Position numbers and translations under genes: made by a program. 64,000 nt of DNA from Negaprion brevirostris (taxonomy: Eukaryota): contig JARDVH010000073.1 in assembly GCA_030324005.1 (NCBI GenBank), positions 85,454,379 to 85,518,378 of the forward strand, read 5' to 3'. This document shows, piece by piece, positions 37,191-49,779 of the stretch; position 1 is the stretch's first letter, and each line of letters starts with the position of its first letter. The notes under the pieces were generated by a model, which saw only the letters and a program-made list of their open reading frames with translations, was not told the origin of the DNA and did not search any database.

Positions 37191-38139
37191 CATCTCCAGG
37201 TGGGTCTAGTAGCATCACTATATCAGTTCTACAAAGGAATGCTCCATTTATCCTTTTCAAGCAAATGCCTAAATGAAATCCATGTAATTAGGTATGCACT
37301 AATCATATAATTCCCTACAATTAGATACTGAAGCCACAATCTGCCCTGAACATGCCTTTGGAGATTAAAATGCAGCTTGTTCATATTTGATTCCTCTCCA
37401 TGTCTCCAAAGCAGCCAATATGTAAGTCACGATAACGGAATGACTTAGATTAAGAGACATTGAAACCAACAAGATTCCTCTATAGTTGTTGAACTCACTC
37501 GGATTCCCCATAGAACTCACAAGTGCTCTCAGAATACCAAAGATATGTGTCTTAAACATAATCTTATTTACCTGCTGCAGAAGGTATGCACTAAGATTGT
37601 TACAATTCTCCCCATGCCTAAAATAGTCATCTGCTGATAGTTGGCACATATATTCTATCTCCTGGATTGTACATTTTGTATCACCCTCTGCAGTACTTCT
37701 ATTGCAGATCACCCTTTGATATGATTTACATAACTTATTTTCTTCAATACAATTTGCACAGCAGGTCTAAGCAATACAAAATCTAAACTAGTTATAGCCC
37801 TTGGGTGCTATTTCACCACAGTCATGGAAGTCATATGAGCACAAATACAGACCAGACCTGAAGCAATGAGTGTGACATCTTCAGGCAACCTCAGAGGAGG
37901 AGCCAGACTGTGGAGGAAGTGCTGAGTTTTGTCAACAAATACTGAAATGTAGATTGATTTCGATTAGTGCTGAAAGCTAGCACATATGAAACTAGAAGGA
38001 TGCAAAGCAATCATTTTGTTGCGATTAATGTTTTCCCCTAAACGAGTTCAGATCGTTTATGATGACACTTTCCATTGGATCCCTTTACATAGAAACACAT
38101 CAAAATTACAGCATGAAAATGGACCATTTGACACAACCG

Positions 38140-38312
38140 ATCTGATTCACTAAACTTAGCTATGACTCTACACCCTAGCTTTGACTGTAACACTACATTC
38201 TGCACTCTCTTGTTTCCTTCTCTATGAACGATATGTTTTGTCTATATAGCGCACAAGAAACAATACTTTTCACTGTATCTTAATAGATGTGATAATAATA
38301 AATCAAATCAAA
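38140..38312 (+). mobile_element. Rex1/Babar 3' end
   Basis: ctctacaccctagctttgactgtaacactacattc..aaatcaaatcaaa, as at 630-715. Confidence 0.75.
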
Positions 38313-41067
38313 TTGTTCAAATCACATTTACCCATTCCCTCCTAATGTTCCTTCAACACTTCTTCTTTCATTCATATTTCCTGTCTTATCTTGAGTATCA
38401 ACATAGTTTCTGCCCTGACTGTCAATCGTGGAAGTAAATTCCACAGCTTTGCCCGCTACATGAAGAACCTTCCCCTGCCCTTGCCAATAAAGCTCCTACA
38501 TTCAATCTTGCTCCTCCAGATCCTCATTTGAGACTAGTTTATGTGAAAATATCTTCAGCTCTCTTGAAGTGACATTAATAGTCTACATTGATATTAAGTC
38601 CACAAGCCTTACAAAATAAAATTGGAGGAACATGTCAGATTATCATGGTAAATTAAAACAGAGAGCTATTAAATTCAACGTTTCCCTTGCAATACTAAAA
38701 TATGCTTTGAATCATCTACTACACACTTGGTTATCGGGATACCCTGAAAACACAGTTCAAGCACAATCCACCTAGCTCCACTTTGATACTGCAATGCTAC
38801 CACTGATCAAGAAAACCTATTTTTATTTAACTAACGCTGATAGATCTATAGCACATGGTATGTTGCACAGCAGGAACAATGATTTTCTTACCTGCCTCCC
38901 TAGGTGCAAGATCAGTGACCAATACAGGTGCACTCCAGTACATGCACACACACACGAGAATTACAGAGCACTCTGAGGCAGCCTCAGAAGGTGGGTGAGG
39001 GATTGTGGGAATCATGAGGCTTGTAACAACTACAGACAAGACTCCCCCAAAACCAAATGCTGGTGTAAAATACTGAGGGACAGGATAAACACTGAAGTTA
39101 GCTGAAGGAAAACAATGACTTGAAATGTCTAAATCAGAAACAACACTAATTATGGCACCTCACCTGTCAAGCAAGGGAATTGTGGGGCAGAATTTCACAG
39201 GTAAGGGCAGAAATTTGCCTAAGGCTGGAGAAGGGAGGTGGGCACCTGGGAAGAGCTTAGGAAATCCTCCAATCAGAAGATTGGTTATGAAGGAGGTAAC
39301 CCCCCTGCTCCCGCCCCCACTTGAAGCCCAAGCAGATTTAGTCCACTAATCACCAACCTCCTTCTAACAGCCAAAAACATTATGGCCATTATGTGGTTGT
39401 TAAGTGGCCAACTAATGGTCTCAACTGGTGCTGGGGTGGATGAGCTGCCGCAAGGACTCGTCCTCACACCCATTAAATTGTAACTTGTGGGGACAGATGG
39501 ATAGGATGCAGGAAAGACACATGTGGAATTTTATGGGCAACCTCAACCTGACCACAAAATTCTACAAGTACAACCGTACAGCTCAGGAGTCATCTATTCA
39601 TCCATTGTGTTTGTACTGGCTCTTTGCGTGAACCATCCAGTTAGTCCTCCCCCCAACTTTTTCCTGAATGTGCTGTAAGTCTTTCAAGTATTTTATCCAA
39701 CTCTCTGGAGAAAGCAAAGAATAATTTATGGAGAAGGAGTTAGAAACAAATTGGGTGTTGAAACAAGGGCTGGGGAAGAAAGATTGCATTAAGAGACAGG
39801 GAGAAAGAGAAAAAGAGAAAAGGGAAAACTAAGACTCTTTTGTTTGCAAATTATATTTTTAAAAAGCACTCAAACAATGAGATTTTTAAGTTCAAATTGT
39901 TCAATTGTTGGTCAGCAGTGTTTGTATGTCTTTGAATTTAAAAGTATATGCTATTAAAAGGAATTTATGGTTTTAATTACTAGATTGTGGTAAGTTTAAT
40001 AGGCAATTAATGCGCAAATCTAGCAAGTTTTGAAAAATCACAGGAAAATTGAAGGTGAGCTACCAATTGAGTGAAACAAACAAGCAGAGTGGCTTAAATC
40101 AACCAGCAAGCTCCAGAGATTTGCAACTCATGGTGTGTCTCTTACTCCCTTGAACTTGCTGTCTGTTTTGTGCATTAATAATGATGTAGATCATTAATGG
40201 CAGCATTATTTTCCATCAGGAACCGACTCATTTTTCTTGCACAACATGTAGTATTAATTATTTGAAAATGAACGCCGAAATCAAGCTATTAATTCCAATA
40301 GCTGCAATAACATGCTGTGATTATCAGATTGAAATTTTAAAACTGGAGAAATATTTAGCATAAAATATTCAGCAGCTTCGCTCAGGTATCTGCTTACATT
40401 TGTGGTTACAGGTAAACAAAATAAGAATCATAGAATTGGTACATCACAGAAGGTGGCCATTTGGCCCATCATGTCTGCACTGGCTCTCCGAATGAGCAAC
40501 TGATCTAGTGCCATTGCCCTGCCTTCTCCCAGTAATCCTGCACATTCCTCCTTTTCAGATNNNNNNNNNNTTTTTGAATGCCTTACTTTATCCTGCCTCC
40601 ACCACACCCTCAGGCAGTGCGTTCCAAAACCTAGCCCACTTGTTGTATAAAAAAGTTCACTTTTGCTTCTTTTGCTCATTATTTTAAGCCTGCATGCTCT
40701 CCTTCTTGAGTGGAAACAGTTCCTCCCTATCCATTCTGCCCAGAGCCCTCATGGTTTTGAATACCTCTATCAAAACTCCTTTCAAACTTCTTTTCTCCAA
40801 GGAAAACAGTCCTAATTTCTCCAATCTATTTTCAGAACTGAAGTTCCTCATCCCAGGAACCATTCTCATGAACCTTTTCTACAACTTCTCTAGCCTTCAC
40901 ATCCTTTCTAAAACTGTGGTGCCCAAATTGGATGCAATGCTCCATGTGGGGCCAAACTAATCACTTATAATACAAATTCAATATAACTTCTTTGCTCTTG
41001 TGCTCTAAACCCCTATTAATAAAGCTTAGGATGCTGCATGCTTTACTAACTGCTCTCTCCACCTCTC

Positions 41068-41335
41068 TTTTTTTTATTCATTCGTGCGACATGGGCGTCG
41101 CTGGCTAGCCAGCATTTATTGCCCGTCTCTAGGTGCCCTTGAACAGAATGCAGTTGAGAGTCAACCACATTGCTGTGGCTCTGAAGTCACATGTAGGCCA
41201 GGCCAGGTAAGGATGGCAGATTTCTTTCCCTAAAGGATATTAGTGAACCAGATGGGTTTTTTGGACAATTGACAATGGTTTCATGGTCATCAGTAGATTC
41301 TTAATTCCAAATATTTTTTATTGAATTCAAATTCC
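41068..41335 (-). mobile_element. tRNA-SINE family B, 3' part
   Basis: Reverse complement of tail and core. Confidence 0.85.
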
Positions 41336-41574
41336 NNNNNNNNNNNNNNNNNNNNNNNNNNNNNNNNNNNNNNNNNNNNNNNNNNNNNNNNNNNNNNNNN
41401 NNNNNNNNNNNNNNNNNNNNNNNNNNNNNNNNNNNCAGGATTTAGAACAGTTCTCCCACCAATTCAGCACTTTTGGGAGAATTGCGGCCTTACTTTTCAA
41501 TTAAAATATCCTGTTTAAACTATATTGTCTCTACTGGGAGATTCAATAAATACCTTTTATCTTTGTTTTAGTGT

Positions 41575-41875
41575 CATGGTGGCACGGTGGTTAGCATTGC
41601 TGCCTCACAGTGCCAGGGACCCAGTTCAACTTCAATCTTGGGTGACTGTCTGTATGGAGTTTACACGTTCTTTCCGTGTTTGCTTGAGTTTCCTCTGGGT
41701 GCTCCAGTTTCCTCCCACACTCCACAGATGTGTGGGTTTGGTGGATTAACTATGCTAGGTTAGTGTCAGGGGGATAACAAGGTAAATATATGGGGCAAGG
41801 GCCTGGATAGGATTGTTGGTGGTGCAAACTCGATAGGCTGAATGGCTTCCTTCTGCACTGTAGGGATTCTGTGAT
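41575..41875 (+). mobile_element. HE1/V-SINE
   Basis: Full head to tail. Confidence 0.85.
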
Positions 41876-41914
41876 ATGCCTGCTGATATAACCTGTCCTT
41901 AATACAATTTCCTT

Positions 41915-42130
41915 GCAGATTTCCTTCCCTCAAGGGCATTAGTGAACTAGATAGGTTTTTCCGACAATTGACAATGGTTTCATGGTCATCAGTAGATTCT
42001 TAATTCCAAATATTTTTTATTGAATTCAAATTCCACCATCCGTCATCGTGGGATTTGAACCTGGATCCCCAGAGCATTAGTTGAGTTTCTGGATGAATAG
42101 TCTAGCGATAATACCAATAGGCCATCGCCT
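41915..42130 (-). mobile_element. tRNA-SINE family B, 5' part
   Basis: Reverse complement of head (ggcgatggcctattggtatt) and core. Confidence 0.85.
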
Positions 42131-42589
42131 ACTGCCACCTTCAATGACTTATGCACATATACACCCAAATCTCTTTGCTGTTCCACCCCCCTTTAGCCTT
42201 GTGCCATCTATTTTATATTGTCTCTCCATCTTCTTCCTACCAAATGAATGACCTCATACTTCTCTGTATTAAACTTCATCTGGCACCTCTTCATCCATTC
42301 CATCAACTTGTCTTTGTCCCCTTGAAGTTCTACACTATCCTCCTCACAGTTCAAAATTCATTCAGGTTTTTTTAATCATCACAAACTTTGAAATTGTTCC
42401 CTGTACACCAAGGTCTAGGTCATTAACTTACATCAGGAAAAGCAAGGTCCCAGTACTGACCACTGAGAAACTCCATAATAAACTTACCTCCTGCACAACA
42501 AACATCCATTAGATGTTACTCTGTTTACTGTTTTAGCTAGTGTTAGCTATATCCCCAAGCATTCTGAGCTTCTTGATGTTCCTCTCTGT

Positions 42590-42870
42590 TGTCTCACAGC
42601 CCCAGAGTCCTGGGTTCAATTCCTAGCTTGGGTCATTGTCTGTGCAGAGTCTGAACATTCTCCCCGTGTCTACATGGATTTCCTCCAGGTGCTCCAGTTT
42701 CCTCCCTCAGTCTGGACGACATGCTGGTTGGGTGCATTGGTCATGCTAAATTCTCTCTGTGTACTCAAACAGGCGCTGCAGTATGGCAACTATGGGATTT
42801 TCACAATAACTTCATTGCAGTATGAATGTAAGCCTACTTGTGACACCAATGAATAAGCTTTCAAACTTTA
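42590..42870 (+). mobile_element. HE1/V-SINE, alternative-tail subfamily
   Basis: Tail cacaataacttcattgcagtatgaatgtaagcctacttgtgaca. Confidence 0.82.
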
Positions 42871-42879
42871 TTATCTCCA

Positions 42880-43720
42880 GATTCCCACCATCCCTTCCGA
42901 GTTAATTTAAACCCTCCCCAATAGCACTAACAAAACACTGTCCCGACTCCATTTGTTGAAACCTGTCCAGTCTGAACAGGTCCCGTCTCCCCCACATCCG
43001 GTCCCAATTTCCCCAAGAATCTATAGCCTCCCTCCTGCACCATCTTTCCAGCCATGCATTCATCTGTCTTATGTTCCTATTTCGGTGCTCCCAGTGTCAC
43101 ATGTGAGTAACCTACAGATTACTACTTTTAAGATTCTGTTTGCAAATTTTCTACCTATGTCATTGGCACTGATGTGGAACACATCTGCTGGCTATTCACC
43201 CCCCCAAAGTGCTCTGCAGATCAGCTCAGCTCAGTGACATCCTTGACCCTAGCATCAGGGAGGCAACTCAAGACCCTGGAATCATGTCTGTGGCCACAGA
43301 AATACCTACTTAACCCCCTAACATATGAATCACCTATCACTATTGCTCTTCCAGTCTTCTTTTAATCACCCTGTACAGCAAAGCTACCCATGGACTTGGC
43401 TCTGGCTGCACTCCCCAGATCAACCATTGCTCTCACCAGTATTCAAAACTGATAATTGATTGCCAAGTAGGATAAACACAGGTGACATCTACTCTATCTG
43501 CCTGATCCCTATTGACTGCCTGATGGTCATCTCTTCCCTCTATCCCTGGATACTCTAACGCTGTGGGGTGGCCACATCTATAAGCGTGCTATCTACGTAA
43601 CTTTCACCCTTATGAATACACCGCAGGAATGCATGTGCTGCTCAACTTCCAACACTTAGAGCCCAAGCTGCTGCAAGTGACAATGCTTCCCAGGACATGG
43701 GAAGCTTGGTGTACAAGGTA
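42880..43720 (-). mobile_element. CR1 ORF1 (esterase-like) remnant
   Basis: Minus-strand decayed AIVIGDS..FCG..CLP.ARVKDVTE..VGRGFKL motifs. Confidence 0.7.
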
Positions 43721-44759
43721 AGATCCCAATGACATCTCCAGCAATGCTGTAAATCCAAACTAAAATGTCAGTTCACTTCACATCCCTTTGGCGTGCTATT
43801 TATAGTTCCACATAATTTTCTAATAAACGTAAGCAAACACGACCTTATCAATGACATGGGCTGATTGCCAACTGCAATCAAGTAGAAAATAATTTTCACC
43901 AGTGGGACTGATAATAAAGACTTTGGCATTTCATTAAAACTATCCAGTTTTTTTTAAGCAAGTCACATTCAGGTTTATTCCAAAATTGCTCCTTGCTCCA
44001 TTTGTGGATCCTTTCAGTGTTTCTTGAGTCACTGAGTGTTGGAAATAAATCTCCCCTTGTACTTATTTTCAGCTGCGGTCGAAACATGTAATCAGAGCGC
44101 TCAACAGCTCGGGAAAATCACTATTGATTCAAAGGTGACAAAACAAAGTCTGGCTTGCTTCACTGACAATCTATTTTAATATTTACATAAAGGACGACAT
44201 GACAGGGGGCGTAGCAGTGTGTCAGAAAGCTCACAGAAAGAGAGTGACGTAAGGCTGCATAGCATCCATAAAATTGTTCATCGCTTGCTTTTTGTTGGAA
44301 GTTCATTACTTTTGCTCATATGAACTCTGTTATCAAATTGCTATCTAAATAAAAAATCTACCACGTACCAGCGGAAACTAAATGGCAGGCCAGGAATGAA
44401 AGAAAGAACAGAGACCACAGAAGGAAAAGTCAGCACTTTGTTTTGATGGAATTTTAATTTGTTAGTACTGAGGGAGGTACTGAGAGGCATTTTTAATATC
44501 CCATCTGTTTGCCCAATGAGATACCAGGTATTAAAAATCTTAAATTCTGTCAACTGAGTAATGCAGTGAATTAAATTAGCCTTTCAGTTCAGAGACCACA
44601 GTTTGTGTGTCTGCAGGCTGGCGTGCCCGATGTGAACTGCATGTCACCGTGGGATCGTAGCATCAAACTCTACTGAAGTAACACTGAGACACAGAAACAA
44701 ACATGGCTTGAGAAGGGAATGAGGGAAATAGTGTTACACTGGTGTAGTAGAGGTTTTTA

Positions 44760-46636
44760 TTTGTGTAAGGTCAAAGCTGATATGTAGAAGAAAGCCTCAC
44801 AATTTGATACGGACCACCATTCCCCAACCTTGAGGGTCCAGGCCTGCTTTTCGGCAGTGCGGATATTGGACTACTGCCCATCTTAGTGTCAGGTGCTGGA
44901 GGTGCATCACTCACAGAGAGGAGAATGCCGGATGGGCTGGAGATGCCCAGGGTCCACTGGCTGGTGGGCCCCGGGCTGTACCTTGCCAATTCATTTCCCT
45001 TCGGGTTTCTGGTGGACCATGTGCTCCTCCATGGGATGCAGGGGCAGCTACAGTGAGATCCAGAAGCCTAGTGTCTTCTGGCATTAACACTGGTGTGTTC
45101 CCATCATGCTATTAAAGCCTTGCACCATGGAGTTCATACGCTGAACCATGGTGCGGACATCTCCTGATGTGGATATGCCGGCGTTGGACTGGGGTAAACA
45201 CAGTACAAAGTCTGACAACACCAGGTTTTAGTCCAACCGATNNNNNNNNNNNNNNNNNNNNNNNNNNNNNNNNNNNNNNNNNNNNNNNNNNNNNNNNNNN
45301 NNNNNNNNNNNNNNNNNNNNNNNNNNNNNNNNNNNNNNNNNNNNNNNNNNNNNNNNNNNNNNNNNNNNNNNNNNNNNNTCATTGGCCTGGGATTCAGCAG
45401 AGTCCTGGACTCCGGCATCTCTCCAAGTGCTGATTCCCTGGGACATCCCTGCCTCCGCCTGCTGTGGATCTTCAGCTGTGAGGTGCTCACCAGTGAGTGA
45501 CCCAGAAGCTTGCCAACTTAGTGAACTCACTGATGCCAGGTGTGGGTGACAGCTGTGACATATCTTCTACAGTGGGATCAGAGAAGCCCCCCTCTGCACT
45601 GCTGGAGTCCAATGATTCCAAGGGGTGCAGGGATGATCTGGCCTGTTCCACTGATCGGCCTACAAGAGAAGACACATGGCATCAGTGCATTACAGCAACA
45701 CGGAGGGAACATTGAGGAATGACAGCATTTGTGTTGAGGAATCTCACATTTCTCTGCTGCCCCCACTTCACCACACTTCCCCCTCCCCGGCCAGGTCAAG
45801 GGCTCACTTCCTGAAGCATGTGAGGGTTCTCAACCTGGGCATGACTCTAGCTGGCTGTGCCCACTGCCGTCTGTTGTGCTCCAGTTTGCCCTCCAATGAC
45901 ATGGATAGGGGAAGCATAGGTGGCCATTTGAGATGGAGATAAGGTCTTTAGCTCGGATGGAAACTGGAGTATAAGGGGCAGAGCAACTACTGGAAGAGGA
46001 TGGTGATTGTGAGAGGGAGAGGAGGCCTGGTACTGGCACAGGCCAAGGTGGCTGAGTGCGAGAAGGGGTTGGAGGTGCAAGGAGGTCCAGTGGGAGACAG
46101 GGGGGTTGTTCACTTATCCTAGCTGAGTGAACAAGATAATTCATCTTCTTTTGACACTGCTGCCCCGTCCTCTTCTGCAATGCACTGGCATTGACCCATC
46201 CTCTTCTGCAGTGCACTGGCACTGCCCAGGGTTGCCATTGCATCCCACGCAGGGATGGTCACCCTGCTGGACAGCTGTCTCGTGGAGCTTGGGTATAGGG
46301 TTTCCTGCACCTCTCTGTCGCGCAGTCTGGTGAAGGTCCCCTCTGTGAAGCATACTGCTGGCTTCTTGGCTACCATCCCCTACAGTCGTTGTGCAGTGAG
46401 TGCTGGGGAGCTGTTTATATGCAGCCCCACCAGTGCCTGCAGCAATTAAGTCATTATATAGCGGGCGGGTCGGAGGGAACATGCCATTGGTGCAGCGTGA
46501 NNNNNNNNNNAAACTTGTGAGAATAGAAATTAATGAGCCGTAAAATTTGGCCCAATAATGTGCTGGCACCGTCGGCACAAATCACAGCATTTTTGTGCCA
46601 GAACCAACAGCACCATTTTTTGGGAACATTCCTCCC
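44760..46636 (-). mobile_element. PIF/Harbinger transposon remnant carrying the Myb/SANT-like ORF
   Basis: Frameshifted KKPAVCF..ETLYP..PAWDAMA..SASALQKRTGQQCQKKMNYLVHSAR (trihelix/MADF-like); TIR-like end tgggaacattcctccc. Confidence 0.75.
45160..45241 (-). mobile_element. Penelope-like terminus nested in the Harbinger remnant
   Basis: Reverse complement of ggttggactaaaacctggtgttgtcagac..ccagtccaacgccggcat; cut by a gap. Confidence 0.75.
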
Positions 46637-47382
46637 AAGCAGAAAGGGTGAAAAGTGTGAGGGAAAGTATGAGAGTAAGAAAGGGATATTATTATTGTGT
46701 CTATGAGATAGGAATGATGGATGCCAACATTGACCCTAGCAGAATCAATGAATAAGGCAGGTGGATACTGTCTGCGTTTTGGAATCCCAACTGTGCTTTG
46801 AACAAAAATAAATCAATAAACATAATAGGTAAAAGCTCTAGTTGAAACTTCTGAAGTTTTCCATCGAATGGCTGCTTTGAATATCTACAGAATTACAACT
46901 CCGCTGCTTCAGTGTCTTGACTACCAGTATTGAATCAGAGCCAGTGAGATAGATGTACACAACACATCTCACACTACAGAGCTCACTTTTCTATGTATCA
47001 ATTAATTTGCCAACTAGATTTTTCAATTGATGATAAACATGATAATCTAAATGAAAACAGATACAAAAGAAGGATTTTAAATGGACAAGAAGGAGGTTAA
47101 ATGTTTGGATGACTTATTAGTGGTTCGAAATAAGATGGAAATGGGAAATATTAATGTGCACTGCTCCATCTTTATAGCATAAATGCAAGGTTACAAAACA
47201 TGCTTACTAAGAAACCCTATGCTCATATGGCTGTTTTTGTCAAAAAGCTTTCATTTGTGTTCAGAATGGGAATTTAACTGCTGATTTTAACCTGGAAAGG
47301 AAGAGTAACATGCAGAGTCTGAGGTAGGAAGTAAGTGTCTAAAGTTGTGAAAGTCCTGGGACATTTTAACTTCTAGGTCTAA

Positions 47383-47875
47383 TGGGCAGCATAATGGCAC
47401 AATGGTATGGGTGGCAGTGGTCTAGTGGTTCGATTCTGGCCTTGGGAGACTNNNNNNNNNNNNNNNNNNNNNNNNNNNNNNNNNNNNNNNNNNNNNNNNN
47501 NNNNNNNNNNNNNNNNNNNNNNNNNNNNNNNNNNNNNNNNNNNNNNNNNNNGTGGCAGTGGTATAGTGGTTCGATTCTGGCCTTGGGAGACTGTGTGGAG
47601 TTTGCGCGCACTCCCCATGTCTGTGTGGGTTTCCTCCATGTGCTCTGATTTACTCCCACAGTCCAAAGCTGTGCATGTTAGGTGAACTGACAACAATAAA
47701 TTTCCCCTTAGTACCCAAAGATGCGTAGGTGGATGAGCCATGGTAAATGCACAGGGTTACAGGGATAAAGCAGGTGGGCGAGAGGGTGGGCCTAGGTAAG
47801 GTGCTCTATCTGAGTGTTGACGCAGACATGATGAGCCGAATGGCGTCTGTCTGCACTGTAGGGATTCTATGGTTC
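47383..47875 (+). mobile_element. HE1/V-SINE (spans a 100-N gap with duplicated flanks)
   Basis: V-domain and gggattctatggttct tail. Confidence 0.82.
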
Positions 47876-49779
47876 TAAATACTAGGAACTGGAATCCCAG
47901 CCAAACTTGGCTGAATTGACATGCTGGTCAGTGAGAAGGAACGGTAAATTACAGAGATGCAGACAACTGTTCATGAGCCATAGAAACTGTCCCTGGCAAG
48001 GTAAGTAATTGGATACATGGGGCGGCAACAAACTGAAGAATCCCGGAGAAGGAACTTTTTAAAAAGCGTCTGCCCCTGAATCCTGTCTTCTGCCAACTTT
48101 CCTGAGTGGGACTAAACACATCAGCTATTAGCTGGAGTTAAAATCTTGCTAGAGCCAAGTTATATTGTCGGACATTTTAATATGAATGAAGCCCTCATCA
48201 GCTTACTGCAAGCGTCCTTGTTGCTCTCAAAAACCCTGCAGTTAAAATGGTGGATGCCACAAACATGCTGGGATTGCTGTAGGTTGTAGTTGGTCAACAT
48301 TTTAACTCAATACTTACACCTTATCCCTACTGGACAGTGAGAGTTAAGGATCGCTACTTATGAGCGACATTACAATCAAGCAAGTATGGTAAAATAAATA
48401 CAGAATTCAGCTTTATACATGAAATTTCCCCATATAACCCCATGTACAATCTTATTATTTTGTTATAGAACTGTTCAATATGTATTTTTAATAGAAAAAG
48501 TTCTGAATATTTCCTATTTATCTGATATCTGAGGCAGCCTTCTCTCAGGCAGATACCTGACTACAATTAAACTTGTAACATACATGATCTATGTTAAAAA
48601 AAAGACACAATGGCAACAACTTCTAATATACCAGTTTCACTTCATGTTCTTTTTCAAGGTCTACAAAGTAAGCATTTAATAATTAATATGAAATGTTATC
48701 AAAGATTTCAAACTTGAAACATCTATCATCCATTCTCATGCTTCTCTGATTTTGGCTGGATGGAAATTATAATTCATAATAAATTAATAAATCATAATTA
48801 ACAAGTAATTAATTACATTTATGACACATAGAACAAGAGGAGGGCATTTGGTTCACAAGCACTTCTTCTCCCACAGGCCACATACAACACTACTTTCCAA
48901 CAACAGTAACCAGAACCAGCTACATTCGGCAGGTGAGATTTGAACGCAGCATATATGTGTGCCAAAAACAAAATGATATCATTCCGAATTCACCAGATAC
49001 TTCCACTTCACATGCAACACAACAGCTAGCTATTTGCAGTCAACTCAAGCATGGCCTTTTGTATAAAGTCAACTGCAAGTTCTGGATGAACATTCCCGAT
49101 CTGAAATATATGGTGAGTTTTGACCAATGCAGATTATGATTATTACTTATCCCTTATAGACAAAACCACCAAACAGCCAATGGAATATTTTTGTGACAAG
49201 ATGTACTAAATGGGAGAGGTGAGATCTACGCCGGAATTTTACTTCCTTGCCTGCCCAAGGCCGATGGAGAATGTCATTCCGCGAGGCTCACCTGTCCCGA
49301 TTCTGGGGTAGGTGTGCCGGGAAAACTCTGGCACTGATCTCGAATCCAGACAATATGAAAGGTGTGTGCGAGTTTTGGGCTCTGCAATAGAGGGAAGATT
49401 CTCATGGAATCCCTACAGTGCAGAAGGAGGCCATTTGGCCCATCGAGTTTGTACCGACCACAATCCCTCCCAGGCCCTATCACCATGTATCCACTGTGAC
49501 AGTTTCCCCCTGACACTAAGAGGCAATTTAGCACGGCCAATCCCCTGGGGAGATTAATATGAGATGGTAGCGGTTTCATTCTGTGCCAAATGGGTTTAGT
49601 ATTTTAGATTTGTTTTCTTAACAGTGTACAGAGCTGTTTGGGTCTATCCTATCCTTATGTTTGTGTGTGTGTGTGTTTTGTGGGAGGGGGAGTTTCTCCA
49701 CTACCCCCCGGTAGATCTCTAACTCTCCTCCTGTCCATTGCTATTTAATTCAGAGAATGCGGGAACAGCCCCGGTGAGG

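Larger units (their letters stand above)
40427..42520 (-). mobile_element. CR1 LINE split by nested SINE insertions (CR1 at 40427-41064 and 42131-42520)
   Basis: RMVPGMRNFSSENRLEKLGLFSLEKR..; the sequence rejoins across the insert as ctctccacc|..|ctgccaccttcaatgacttatgc. Confidence 0.85.

Noticed and set aside
37365-37712. 115-aa ORF containing HIFG (FAH exon 8-like) and NNYRGILLVS
   Set aside because: No NDWS motif or matching splice sites; NYRGI.L.S points to a decayed LINE RT remnant.
47411-47592. 41-bp direct repeat around a gap (also 57276-57415 and 16985-17006)
   Set aside because: Duplicated contig ends flanking fixed-size N gaps are assembly overlap artefacts.
47990-48010. Plus-strand donors caag|gtaagt (also 13130 and 33905)
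   Set aside because: No matching coding exon; two of the three sit in Harbinger-like repeat context.
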